Shown here one piece after another: positions 12,601 through 20,827 of a stretch of 64,000 nt of DNA. A model generated the notes under the pieces. The model searched no databases and had not been told where the DNA came from. It saw only the letters and a program-made list of their open reading frames with translations. Both the position numbers and the translations under genes were made by a program. The stretch covers positions 186,001 through 250,000 of IMG/VR virus record IMGVR_UViG_3300017971_000185. One strand, written 5' to 3'. Each line of letters begins with the position of its first letter. The stretch's first letter is position 1.

Positions 12601-14251
12601 CGAGATCTTCACGGGCGTGAACGACCCGGATGCTTCGAATTATGATGCTCCGGCCGGATCCATCTTTTTGCGTGATACGGGTGCGACCGGCGAAGTGTGG
12701 GTTAACACTTCTGTCGGTTCGGGAACGGACTGGTCGAAACTCGATACCTCCGGTGTTTCGTCAGCAACCCGGCAAGACGTATATGACAACCAGGGAGTGA
12801 CCGTAGTCTCGATTACTGCGAATGCTACCTTGGATCTTGTTGGTGCCGGTACTGAGTGGCTCATTCGAGACGAGGATGATGCGACGTTGTTCTCGATTCT
12901 CGAAAACTCGGACACGAGTGCGACGACAATCACGTTCGGAGCGCAGGTTGATGTCTTTGATTGCGATGCGGCTTTCGTCGACATGGACGGTACGACGTTT
13001 AATGCCAACTACTCCAGCACAGTTGACATCGACGCGGGGGCGGCCGTTTCAATCAACTCCACGGGAGGAGCACTCAACCTAGGCGACGCGGCGGACGCTC
13101 AGAACATCAACGTTGGTACTGGTGCGGCGCAGCGAATAATCACGATCGGAAACGAGACGGACGCCACGGCGATCGATATGGACGCTGGTATAGGTGGTGT
13201 GGCGATCGATGCTCAGGGTGCTGGTGGGATCGATATTGGTGTCCAGAACGACACTGGAACCATCAACATCGGCACCAATGCGGGTGCGAGAACCATCAAC
13301 ATTGGAAGCACGAGCAGCACCACGCTCGTAATGAACGCTTCGGGTGCTGTCACCATCGATTCGGCGGCAGCGGGTGTTTCGGTTGATGGGGCGGGAGCGT
13401 CCAACTTCTCTACTTCGGCGGGGGCCCTGACCTTCGATGCGGAGGCGGGAGCAGTGACAATCGATGCCGGCGGCGGCGCCCTGACGATTCAGGATACCAG
13501 CGTTGGAGACAACGTTGTTGTCACGACGGTCAACACGGCTACGGCCATACAGACCGGCGCCATCGCCCTGACCACCGGTAACAACACGAACGGAACCTCA
13601 GGAGACGTTGGCGATCTCATCTTCACGGGTGGCGACTCCACGTCTGGACAGGCAGGACGGATCGTGGTCGTTCCGGGCGACGGCGCGACGGATGGGTACT
13701 TCTGGATTGATTCGGATCTGCCGACCACGACGGCGCTCCAGGTTCTCGACAACAGCGATGAGGTTGGTGGCTTCGGTGAGTCGATCAGCTTCTTTGTGCG
13801 GGACCGAACGCCAGAAGGGGCCATCTCCGCGAACCAGGGCAGCGTTTGCTACGTTCGTGATTCTCAGGACAGCGACAACGGCAAGCTGTTCATCAAGGAG
13901 ACGGGAGCAGGCACCAACACCCTCTGGTCCCGAGTCCTCACGACTTCGGATAATCCCGTTACCTACAGCAAGACTGTGGGAGTCACAACCGGGGCTATTA
14001 GTGCCAACACGAACGTGTCGGGCACCACCACTCCGGTCAACCTGGACGCCACGCTGGGCGATTACTCCGGCGTGACGTTCACTACGAAGGTCAACGTGTA
14101 TGTCAACGGCGCTCTCCAGCGCAATGGGGTGGGTGCGGAGGTGGATTTCGACTGCTACCCCGGCACAGACCAGACCACAGGAGACCTCAAGTTTGAGAAC
14201 GGTCTCCGCAGTGGAGACACCATCATAATGGAGATCTTCGCAGCCCTGTAG
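6620..14251 (+). CDS. Giant Gly/Thr/Asp-rich fibre-like virion protein (2543 aa)
   Basis: Uninterrupted 7.6-kb ORF with an AAGGAG RBS. Internal repeats DTGxINIGTxAxARxIxIGN, a long GG-repeat region and four knob motifs. Followed by a terminator. Confidence 0.75.
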   Translation: MSRTQLNPDAVDTLLQTEFDDTKTTGSGMESTPTNLIDNINNAITMLREFSGSSEWYTKPADNTETFQTTKANARQVFAFRTYVLTDVTVTAAQNYEVLNVAGGEAPTVTASVGAVTTEGAVVAYYSGFPGHSLVEVTGPDALNPVNLCLLVDAATGDAIQSSNGFEIKALLQYEINVDGDPFNDTDKRVQLSFVERNAGGTDLIATLAADIATKTINYSYPRRLQYQNLPESVFLTGFFADNVAAVDVTLTNAATNQSGDVTYTTKDINWVIPANEDHFQFEDGTNVIAKFERDGAGNGDVTLGSSGASSDITIAGSLLDIDVSSTVDIKNGLAVDTDAAGTTINIGVTPNQIDVAGNLTLDASAGAITTNATDAANTIKTTSSGSVIVDGISGVEINSTSGSIQIGNDADAQNILIGTGGAARTISIGNETGATALDLDAGTGGVTIDAEGAGVIQIGNQADTGTISIGTGVAARTITIGNATGATVVDLDAGTGGFTLDSTVDGTTAMMTWTTTGGADGDSVEIFVGETDPSAGGGVVAPVGSMLWRDSGGTGTTGEAWLKTGAGNTDWEQIQTGGGDTTLQVAYENGNTITTNGGEGNITFDGTEDFIVGGSVTVAFDTTDAITFDADANSNFTVDDADLTLSTTTGGVVDVDGEDGITIDSNAGAIGIGTEDDTGDINIGTGAAARSITVGNTTGTTGIDYIAGTGGHDFTTGIAVDSGGGVADTIYIGLGGTVNGETGVANTIQPGTGGNLEVRGGAGASNSGYVSLATQDGGTDSDAGTVYISPGDGVGTGDGGDVSLNCGDADTSGNGGSFSGTAGTSGSSSGAAGTVSFTGGTAGAATVAGGAVTFQGGTGNTTGVGGAATLQGGIPGTTGVGGAANVYGRDGGSSGGAGGGVNVASGSGQAGNTAGGEVDITTGAGFGTGSGGVLDVNTGTSGSGATGDGGDIDIDTASSSATNGDAGNILINTGDGTGSGDGGDLVIGLGDAVATGNGGYLSASAGASGSGSGIAGYVTFTGGTAGYSGCAGGDVTYQGGTGNGSGAGGPATLRGGTAGTTGVGGAANVTGRDGGSTSGNGGGVNIASGSATSGMGGEIDMTAGSGTVVGGDIDLNAGSGAGTGGTDGGIVWATGGPGGLGAIGDPPTAAGTAGSLRFAGGTGGAGTASSTGGSDASDAGAGGPVFINGGFGGAGASGTDDDADAGPGGDVNIMGGAGGFGAGTGQNADGGGVILTGGSASTGGAGFGAAGYVQLRTPTGPATTITQGAVVVEFNNQGTGTGGGQAMSLYTGTATPTHSADTGSLFLLDDNSTGKAFLNDSSGGSGTDWVEVCLCDSVTLDLAVDNQGTDAVTQTQNLTWNIADAGSISWITADTSYIYIGGPTNGQTTLAKFTSAPDNDSVILGNAATGTSVALSAGSGNMDVAVASGNLSMGATSGNVALTTTTAGTIDVDGAGTVSINSSGGNLNIGDDDDTGDINIGTNASGARDIDVGSSNAGTTFTVTAGTSTCASQQNANSFGQSTTQRDGASNPGVFTSVASYQSFENATAGNLAINYNTGYTTNSGTNTYQVFVVQGNNTTDTITDITNNGAASNPTMTTTGSATYSAGKVLLVTSGALEDNQGLYEVVSHVGTTLTLAASPTAGAEWVHQQVTSESSITASVTDVTVSVLRANSSGQMQIAESVSDTSAITWQDLGSAAAVALEAAWANATGAGTVLANSFTGEISDGDTYLVQTETGNHALLSLAAVNGADVVTVGTSNSANQTSVNAGTGGLDCVASGTKAGTVSTQLRVTNTDTDNGSEAEINILAYENASTANAVEATINVEATSDSANGVNTVNIQNTADGTVNIAASANDNTVNLNTGAAAKTTAVGSTNTTSATTIEAGSGAGSFTVAGANLTLSTTTAGDAELIAADTVQITAGDEAAAVGNPVNINAGDGGGDGNDGGSVVLEPGQPGGGAGEVGVVKATTDTASEGFPIIQIENNTGGAANVAEIFTGVNDPDASNYDAPAGSIFLRDTGATGEVWVNTSVGSGTDWSKLDTSGVSSATRQDVYDNQGVTVVSITANATLDLVGAGTEWLIRDEDDATLFSILENSDTSATTITFGAQVDVFDCDAAFVDMDGTTFNANYSSTVDIDAGAAVSINSTGGALNLGDAADAQNINVGTGAAQRIITIGNETDATAIDMDAGIGGVAIDAQGAGGIDIGVQNDTGTINIGTNAGARTINIGSTSSTTLVMNASGAVTIDSAAAGVSVDGAGASNFSTSAGALTFDAEAGAVTIDAGGGALTIQDTSVGDNVVVTTVNTATAIQTGAIALTTGNNTNGTSGDVGDLIFTGGDSTSGQAGRIVVVPGDGATDGYFWIDSDLPTTTALQVLDNSDEVGGFGESISFFVRDRTPEGAISANQGSVCYVRDSQDSDNGKLFIKETGAGTNTLWSRVLTTSDNPVTYSKTVGVTTGAISANTNVSGTTTPVNLDATLGDYSGVTFTTKVNVYVNGALQRNGVGAEVDFDCYPGTDQTTGDLKFENGLRSGDTIIMEIFAAL

Positions 14252-14263
14252 GCCACTAACCGG

Positions 14264-14296
14264 AAAGGGCACGAGGTACGTGCCTCGTGCCCTTTT
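14264..14296 (+). terminator. Intrinsic terminator
   Basis: AAAGGGCACGAGG-TACGTG-CCTCGTGCCCTTTT: 13-bp stem 12 nt after the 2543-aa gene stop. Confidence 0.8.
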
Positions 14297-14328
14297 CTAA
14301 ACCCAAACCCATATCAGATCAGACCCAA

Positions 14329-14895
14329 ATGCCAACAGAACAGCAAGCCATCGAAACGGTCGTTCCCATTGATACCCTCCGAGAGCAACTCCAACAGGCG
14401 CAACACGCCGTTGCGGCGATGGAGGAATGTCTAGCCCTTGTAGCGGATCGAAAGACCGACTACCAAAAGGACATTTCTAAGTTTGAGGGGATGGTCGATG
14501 CGTTCAACCTCACCGTCAAGAAGATCGATGAGCACATCGTCGGCGTCAAACAGCTAGAGACCGCGGGTCAGTTGACGACCGAGCAGTATCGCATCGCGAT
14601 CAACTGGATCTCCGAGGTTCACGGCATCCCGAATAGCTTGGTCGAATCTGCCAAGCGCAGTGTTCTTCAAGCCGAAGGAGCCGTGACCGGTTGCACGGGA
14701 GCGATCGAAGCACTCACTGAGCGCGTCAACGAAGAGAAGGCACGAGCCCGGCAGATCGAACGAGCGATTCGCGTTGCTGAGACTGTGCTTCGCCAGGCCG
14801 AGGAATCCAAGGAAGTCGAGGCAGAGGGTACGTCCACTCCGCCTCCAGAGGAACCCGAACAGGCAAAGGAGATCACTCTTTTGCCACAGGACTGA
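14329..14895 (+). CDS. Coiled-coil protein, possible fibre assembly factor
   Basis: Heptad-like Ala/Glu/Gln-rich sequence. ATG 14329 chosen because the track start at 14287 lies inside the terminator hairpin. Confidence 0.6.
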   Translation: MPTEQQAIETVVPIDTLREQLQQAQHAVAAMEECLALVADRKTDYQKDISKFEGMVDAFNLTVKKIDEHIVGVKQLETAGQLTTEQYRIAINWISEVHGIPNSLVESAKRSVLQAEGAVTGCTGAIEALTERVNEEKARARQIERAIRVAETVLRQAEESKEVEAEGTSTPPPEEPEQAKEITLLPQD

Positions 14896-14901
14896 GTAGC
14901 C

Positions 14902-17900
14902 ATGTCCACGACCGACAAGATCCGTCCCGGTGTAGATGCGAACATAGTCGAGGCCAACGTTGTTCGCGGGCACGATGCGATCCTGACTGGAAACGTACCC
15001 GAGGACATTCAGATAGCTGCGTCTCGTAACGACGGTGATGATGTTGTCGGGATCGTCACCATCTGGAATCGTACTGACTCCACCACGGAACAGGTGTTTG
15101 ATCTTCGGTCGGGGCTCACCTTTGGTACGGCCGAACGTGCCCAGATGTTCGTGGGAGCGATCGATCCCACGGGGACTCTGACGGCCACGGCAGGCAGCCT
15201 GTACCTCTCCACGACGCCCGCCAAGCTCTACCAGAACCAAGACGGGGCGACTGATTGGAAGGTCATCTCGGACGATCTAGGCGGCGAGACGCTGGAGGAG
15301 ACGCTCGTTCTGGGCAACACCACGGGCGACAACGCCATCATCGTCAGCGATCAGCCTTCCGCTGGCATCCAGGGTGAGGACAAGTCTGGCGGTACAGGCG
15401 GAGGCGATCTCAAGCTGCGGGGTGGTAGCGAATCTGGGCTCGCTGGCAACGGTGGCGATGTTCAAGTTTCGACGGGAACGACGGCGGCCGGTAACAGCGG
15501 ATCGATCATAGGGACGACGGCAGTCGTCACGACAGGCGGCGCGAGTGGTTTGATCGAGTGGGTAACCGGTGCTGTAACGGGCGGCGGCAACTCTGGAAGC
15601 AACACGCTCAAATCGGGCGATGTGGATACAGGAGCGTCGGGAGCGATCACGGTTGGTAGTGGCGATTCCTCTGGGTCGAATGGAGTAAGCGGCGATCTGA
15701 CGTTTGAAGCGGGTCGTACTCAGTCGGACGGGCAAGGTGGCGGGATCTACGTTTATGGCGGCTCTACGACTCCTCCGCCTGTGCCTCCGATTCCAACCTT
15801 CACGGCCGGAAGGGGTGGGCCGGTCATCATCGAGGCTGGTGAGTCCTCGGGGACGGTAGACGGACCACAAGTCAGCATTGTTGGAGGCGCGGGAGGATCG
15901 GGCGGAGGAGATGGCGGCAACGTGATTTTGTCCGGTGGTCCTGGCGGCGGCGGCGGTTCTGAGGGAGAGATCATTGGGCTGTCCAATCTCAGGGCCGACA
16001 ACATCAAGCGCGGCACCGCGGTTCCCAACGGCGTTGAGAACGGCAACGAAGGAGATATCTATCAGCGCACGGCCGGAGGCTTCGGTGAGCTTTACCTGAA
16101 CACGAATGGGACGAACAACGGATGGATCAAACTTGGAGCATCAGGGGACTTCTTTAACTCGCTGGTCAAGACTCAATGGGGATCGGTCCATGCCTCGATG
16201 GCAACCAATTTCATCAACGCGGACGGTTTCTTTGATGTCGCTACGTTTAGCTCGGCCGGAGCCGTAGTAGATCGAGAGACTGATGAAGGCGGCCCGAATC
16301 TGAGATGGGTCGTTGGCAATGGAGATGATGCGGGTATTCACATTATTGCTGGAGGGGGCGCGGGGGCTCTCCAGAGACAACAGAAATTCATCATCGGGTT
16401 CAAGTTTAGCGTCGATAGTCTCGATGCGGGATACATCAGTTTTCTGGGTGTTTCTAGTGCAGATTTGCCCACGATGCTCACGAACAGTCCTCTCGGGGAT
16501 TGGATTGGGCTTCAGAAGATCGACGGGGTGCCTTCGACTTTCCGCTTCGCTACGCGCGGAAACGTGGGGGAGTATATTGCTGATCCGCTCGTCACCTTCG
16601 CTCTGGATGAGGTTCACTACTTCATCATCGATACGACGGTTTCGGATGCGATCACATTCTTGCTGCTCGATAGCGCCTTGAATCTGGTCCGAACCGCAAC
16701 AATCAGTCCGGTAAGTGACAACACTTCGCCGTCTCTTACCGATGTCCTACGTCCAGTCTGCGGCATCAAAGGAACGAACGCGGTTCTCAAGACATTCGAT
16801 TTCTATCACTTCACGGCAGTCGTCCAGGGCGACCTGAATCTCGGTGGCGGCGGCGGTGGCGGAAGCATTCCGACGTTGGAGACAGTTCTCGGGTCAGGAG
16901 ATTTTACTGGCTCTAACTACATTCGTTTGACGGACTGGGATGCCACGTGGGGCGGCATCATTCAGGGCGAGGCAGATCCTCCGCTCAACGTGCCCGATGG
17001 TGGCCGAGTCACCATCGCAGGAGGAGCGACGACAGATCTGCTCGGGACCGGCGGTGATCTCTATCTCTTCTCCGGGAACCCGGCCATTGCCTCTGCGAAC
17101 AAGTCGGGGGCGGCCAGTCTGAATTCCGGCAGCGTTCTCGATGCAACGAACACGGGCGGAACAGGCGATGTCATCGTTAGCTCTGGAATCACGACTGGTT
17201 CAGGGATAAGCGGCGATCTGTGGTTACTGACAGGAACCACGGTCACAGGCGCTACGGGTGATATTAAAATTCTGAGTGGCTTGTCTGGGGGAGGGAATAC
17301 TGGAAATGTCGAAATCTTGACTGGAAACGCCGCATTAGCGGCAGGAAACATTACCCTCACGGGGGGAAATAGCACCGCTGGTGCGGGTGGAGGCATTGCA
17401 TTTCAAGGTGGCGATGGGGGCGGTGCTGCTGGGAGCGGTGGCGACATTATCATGGCCACGGGATTGCCCGATCCTGGCTTCAATCTGAATGGTGGCAACA
17501 TTGGGTTGCTCTGTACACAAGGCGCAGGCGCGGGCGACGGCGGATCGCTTGCCTTTGCGGCTGGGTTGGGTGGTCCTGGCGGTGGTGATGGCGGATCTAT
17601 AGGACTCACAGCCGGACCAGGAACAGCCGGAGTTTCTGCTGGCGGCAACATTGTGCTCACCCCTGGCTCGGGTTTCGGCGGTGGCGCTGATGGTGCGGTG
17701 ATCGTCAACGGCAAGCTGACAGTCACGGGGTTGATCGATCCGACCGGCATGGTCTTGGTCAACCAAGCCACGATTCCTGGCGGGACACCAGCGGCCGGAA
17801 GCAGCACGCTCTGGGTTCGCTTGTCAGACAATTCGCTGATGCTGACGGACTCCGGGGGGAGCGATCACCCCGTCAGTGGTTCTGCGATCGAGACCAAGGA

Positions 17901-19869
17901 TGAGGGCGGAACGCTCACGACTCTGACGCAATCTCTCGACTTCGTGGGTGCTGGCGTGACGGCATCGGCGGTTGGTAATGCTGTCACGGTCACGATCCCC
18001 GGAGGGGGAGGCGCGGCTGATCTCGGCACGGTTCTCGGGAACGGCAACACGACCAACGTTCACGACATTGAGTTTACGAACGGTGACCAGATCGTTGGAG
18101 AGGACAACCCAACCGGCAACGGAGGCGACCTTTCGCTCCTCACAGGCAACTCAACCAATGCAGGTTCCCGCAGCGGGAACATCGAGTTGAACATCAATGC
18201 TCCGGGTGCCGGAGGAGCAGCGGGCGACTTCATTCTCAAAGGCCAGCCTGGCGGTGACAACACCACTGGAAATGCGGGAGCGGGATCGGACTTTTCTGTC
18301 GAAACGGGACCAGGCGGTGTGGTCACGGTTTCTGGCGACGGCGGTCGTGGTGGCAACGCTGACTTCATTCTCGGAGATGGTGACGACGGAGCCGGTGGTG
18401 GAGATGGCGGTGAAGGTGGCAACACACGATTCCAATTGGGAATAGGCGGCGCTGGGGCTTCGGCCGGAGACGGCGGTGACTTTGAAGTCTCTGCTGGCGA
18501 TGGCGGAGTGGGCACGGTAGCCAGTGGGGCAGGTGGGGCGGTTCGTTTCATAAGCGGAACGGGTCCTGGTAGCTCGGCAATTGATGCGGGGAATGCTGGG
18601 CCGTTTGAGATCTTCACGGGCAGTGGCGGAACGACCACGAATGCGGGGTCAGATGGAGGAGACGGAGGACCCTGGAATGTTCAGCTTGGTGATGGCGGAG
18701 GAGCCGCGGGAGTCGGTGGTGGCGGGGATGGTGGTTACTTCGGCATTCAGACGGGCGCAGGAGGCTCTACGGACTCTGGGGTGGCCGGTTCTGGCGGGCT
18801 GTGCTCCATCAACCTCGGTGAAGGGGCCGACTCTACAACGGGCACAGGGGGCCTAGGAGGCTTGTTTGATCTTCGGGCGGGGGATGGTGGAAATGCGATC
18901 TCGGCGGGGCCTGGTGGCGCAGCGGGCGGCATGGCGGTCACCCTCGGGGATGGTGGTCAAGGTGTTGGCGGAGGCAGCGCAGGAGGAGCGGCAGGGGACT
19001 TCGTAGTCACGGCCGGCGATGGTGGGGTTGGGACTGGTGGAGCAGCAGGAACCGCAGGCGGAATCATCTCTCTCACGGCAGGGGATGGTGGTACAGGTGG
19101 TCCCGATGGGGCAGGAGGATCTGTTTTCGTTATTGGTGGTGCGGGCGGAGGTAGTGGCGCTCATGGAGATGTCACTGTAGCAACAGCACCACCAAACCCA
19201 CCCTTGTTCGGTGGGGTCGGTGGCGAAATTCAACTTCTCACGTCCAACTTCGCTGCTGGTGGTAACGGGTCTTATGCACGACTGCGAAGCGGGGGTGCTC
19301 TTAATGGAGGACCGATCGAAATCCATGGCGGAACCTCGTCGGTGGGAAACGGAGGGGATGCAACTCTAGAGGCAGGAGCTACAACGCTTGTAGGGGCTTC
19401 TGCTGGCGGCGATGCACATGTGATTGCAGGTGATGCCTCAGACCCAGCCGGTACTGGCGGCAACATCTTCTTGACCCCCGGCCCAGCCACAGGCGGCGGT
19501 ACGCCAGGGACGGTCGTGTTAGACGGTCTCGTAGAGAACGGCAGTGGACCGGGCACTACCCCGACCATTGGGCATCAGCGGAGCAACGCAGCTTCCGCGG
19601 GAGCCGTGCCTGGGTTCCCTGGCATGATCGATCCGACGACCCTTCCACCTGGAAGCTATCCTACATCCTTCATTGTGCCGTTCAACGTGCCTTTTGCCAC
19701 GGCACCGTCAAACATCCAGATCACGCTCACTTCGTTTGGTCTACCAGCGCCCCCTGCCGCGGGGACTGTGGCCATCGTTCACAGTGTCTTGCCCGGATCG
19801 TTTGAGATCGGGTTTGACGCTGCTAGCCCGCAGCCCGCGATGGGTTTCTACTGGGAGGCGTGGCTCTAG
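14902..19869 (+). CDS. Giant Gly-rich fibre-like virion protein (1655 aa)
   Basis: Long GGxGGxxxLxxG repeats, two knob motifs, a central non-repetitive beta-rich domain, and C-terminal VPFNVPFATAP..FEI..GFYWEA typical of fibre C-termini. Confidence 0.72.
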   Translation: MSTTDKIRPGVDANIVEANVVRGHDAILTGNVPEDIQIAASRNDGDDVVGIVTIWNRTDSTTEQVFDLRSGLTFGTAERAQMFVGAIDPTGTLTATAGSLYLSTTPAKLYQNQDGATDWKVISDDLGGETLEETLVLGNTTGDNAIIVSDQPSAGIQGEDKSGGTGGGDLKLRGGSESGLAGNGGDVQVSTGTTAAGNSGSIIGTTAVVTTGGASGLIEWVTGAVTGGGNSGSNTLKSGDVDTGASGAITVGSGDSSGSNGVSGDLTFEAGRTQSDGQGGGIYVYGGSTTPPPVPPIPTFTAGRGGPVIIEAGESSGTVDGPQVSIVGGAGGSGGGDGGNVILSGGPGGGGGSEGEIIGLSNLRADNIKRGTAVPNGVENGNEGDIYQRTAGGFGELYLNTNGTNNGWIKLGASGDFFNSLVKTQWGSVHASMATNFINADGFFDVATFSSAGAVVDRETDEGGPNLRWVVGNGDDAGIHIIAGGGAGALQRQQKFIIGFKFSVDSLDAGYISFLGVSSADLPTMLTNSPLGDWIGLQKIDGVPSTFRFATRGNVGEYIADPLVTFALDEVHYFIIDTTVSDAITFLLLDSALNLVRTATISPVSDNTSPSLTDVLRPVCGIKGTNAVLKTFDFYHFTAVVQGDLNLGGGGGGGSIPTLETVLGSGDFTGSNYIRLTDWDATWGGIIQGEADPPLNVPDGGRVTIAGGATTDLLGTGGDLYLFSGNPAIASANKSGAASLNSGSVLDATNTGGTGDVIVSSGITTGSGISGDLWLLTGTTVTGATGDIKILSGLSGGGNTGNVEILTGNAALAAGNITLTGGNSTAGAGGGIAFQGGDGGGAAGSGGDIIMATGLPDPGFNLNGGNIGLLCTQGAGAGDGGSLAFAAGLGGPGGGDGGSIGLTAGPGTAGVSAGGNIVLTPGSGFGGGADGAVIVNGKLTVTGLIDPTGMVLVNQATIPGGTPAAGSSTLWVRLSDNSLMLTDSGGSDHPVSGSAIETKDEGGTLTTLTQSLDFVGAGVTASAVGNAVTVTIPGGGGAADLGTVLGNGNTTNVHDIEFTNGDQIVGEDNPTGNGGDLSLLTGNSTNAGSRSGNIELNINAPGAGGAAGDFILKGQPGGDNTTGNAGAGSDFSVETGPGGVVTVSGDGGRGGNADFILGDGDDGAGGGDGGEGGNTRFQLGIGGAGASAGDGGDFEVSAGDGGVGTVASGAGGAVRFISGTGPGSSAIDAGNAGPFEIFTGSGGTTTNAGSDGGDGGPWNVQLGDGGGAAGVGGGGDGGYFGIQTGAGGSTDSGVAGSGGLCSINLGEGADSTTGTGGLGGLFDLRAGDGGNAISAGPGGAAGGMAVTLGDGGQGVGGGSAGGAAGDFVVTAGDGGVGTGGAAGTAGGIISLTAGDGGTGGPDGAGGSVFVIGGAGGGSGAHGDVTVATAPPNPPLFGGVGGEIQLLTSNFAAGGNGSYARLRSGGALNGGPIEIHGGTSSVGNGGDATLEAGATTLVGASAGGDAHVIAGDASDPAGTGGNIFLTPGPATGGGTPGTVVLDGLVENGSGPGTTPTIGHQRSNAASAGAVPGFPGMIDPTTLPPGSYPTSFIVPFNVPFATAPSNIQITLTSFGLPAPPAAGTVAIVHSVLPGSFEIGFDAASPQPAMGFYWEAWL

Positions 19870-20651
19870 TCTCTGAAGCAGTATCCAACGAGCGGAATTG
19901 ATGAGTTTTGGATCTGCTCGGGGTACTGGTCCGGCTGGTTTGCAGACGGCATGCAGTGCATGTCTGGAGGACACAGGTCGTTTTGGACATCGCAATGCTC
20001 AGTGCAGCAGAGATTTGCGTTGCATACCCCGTCTGGAAAACCACCTGAGGCTAAACTAGCTCCCGTCTTGCAGCCCGAGTTTCCTTGCGTTGGATCGCCA
20101 AATTCGCCCCCAGGATCGTCGCCCGTGTAGATCTGGCACAGCCATTGGTAGCTGTCGTAGTCAGGATCCCAGCCCATGTAGGTGCAGGTTAGGGCATTGC
20201 CGCAAGGCGGCGTACCAGCATCTTCCCACAAGGGATGACAAGGCTGGTCAGGGCCAAGCGGGCCAGCACTTGTTGAGTCGGTCGTGTCTCCTGTAGTCGG
20301 GTCCTCTGTTCCTGTAGTCGGGTCCTCTGTCGGCGTATCGGAGCCGGTCTCGGTCGGCGCGTCCGTGTTGCTGTCGGACGTGTCGGTGGTCTCATCCTCG
20401 GTCGTGCCGCCTTCGGTTGTGGCCGGGTCCTCGGTGGTTTCCTCGCCGGAGCTATCTCCATCGTCAGCGCCATGTGTGGTGTCATCCCCGGTGGCGCTTG
20501 AGGAATCTTCATCTCCCGACGACGCCTCATCTTCGGTTCCGCTTTCGAGGCCGGAGTCTGTCATGTCATCGCTGGGATAGAATTCGCCGCGACAACCGAT
20601 GGTGGTTGCAAGGGCGAGAAGGGTGATGCGGAGGCCGCATTTCATGGTCAT
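19866..20651 (-). CDS. Lipoprotein with Ser/Thr/Asp/Glu-rich linker and Cys-rich C-terminal domain
   Basis: Signal peptide with lipobox LALATTIG-C, acidic low-complexity stalk (EDPTTG repeated), and a C-terminal domain with about 10 Cys. Antisense to its neighbours. Confidence 0.8.
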   Translation of the reverse strand: MTMKCGLRITLLALATTIGCRGEFYPSDDMTDSGLESGTEDEASSGDEDSSSATGDDTTHGADDGDSSGEETTEDPATTEGGTTEDETTDTSDSNTDAPTETGSDTPTEDPTTGTEDPTTGDTTDSTSAGPLGPDQPCHPLWEDAGTPPCGNALTCTYMGWDPDYDSYQWLCQIYTGDDPGGEFGDPTQGNSGCKTGASLASGGFPDGVCNANLCCTEHCDVQNDLCPPDMHCMPSANQPDQYPEQIQNSSIPLVGYCFRD

Positions 20652-20666
20652 TTTCTCCTTAGCCCT

Positions 20667-20694
20667 TCTACGCAGGATTCAGCCAATAGTTTAC
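20667..20694 (-). promoter_or_regulatory. 28-nt phage promoter motif, copy A
   Basis: Minus strand GTAAACT-ATTGGCT-GAAT-CCT-GCGTAGA, upstream of the lipoprotein RBS (AAGGAG). Confidence 0.7.
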
Positions 20695-20773
20695 ATTTCG
20701 CTCGAATTTACACGTTCCGAGACAGATTTGGAAGGTTTGTGGCGACGTTGGCGCGTGTAGGTCTGGCCGGGCC

Positions 20774-20787
20774 TAATTTTCCTATGG
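20774..20787 (+). promoter_or_regulatory. Candidate late promoter motif TRA-N4-SYTATGG
   Basis: TAATTTTCCTATGG 40 nt before the 1505-aa fibre gene. Similar motifs occur at 33376, 34141, 37003 and 58932(-). Confidence 0.45.
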
Positions 20788-20827
20788 GCTAGCCCTCAGT
20801 GAGCCTTCGCGGGCTTTCGGAGAGCCT

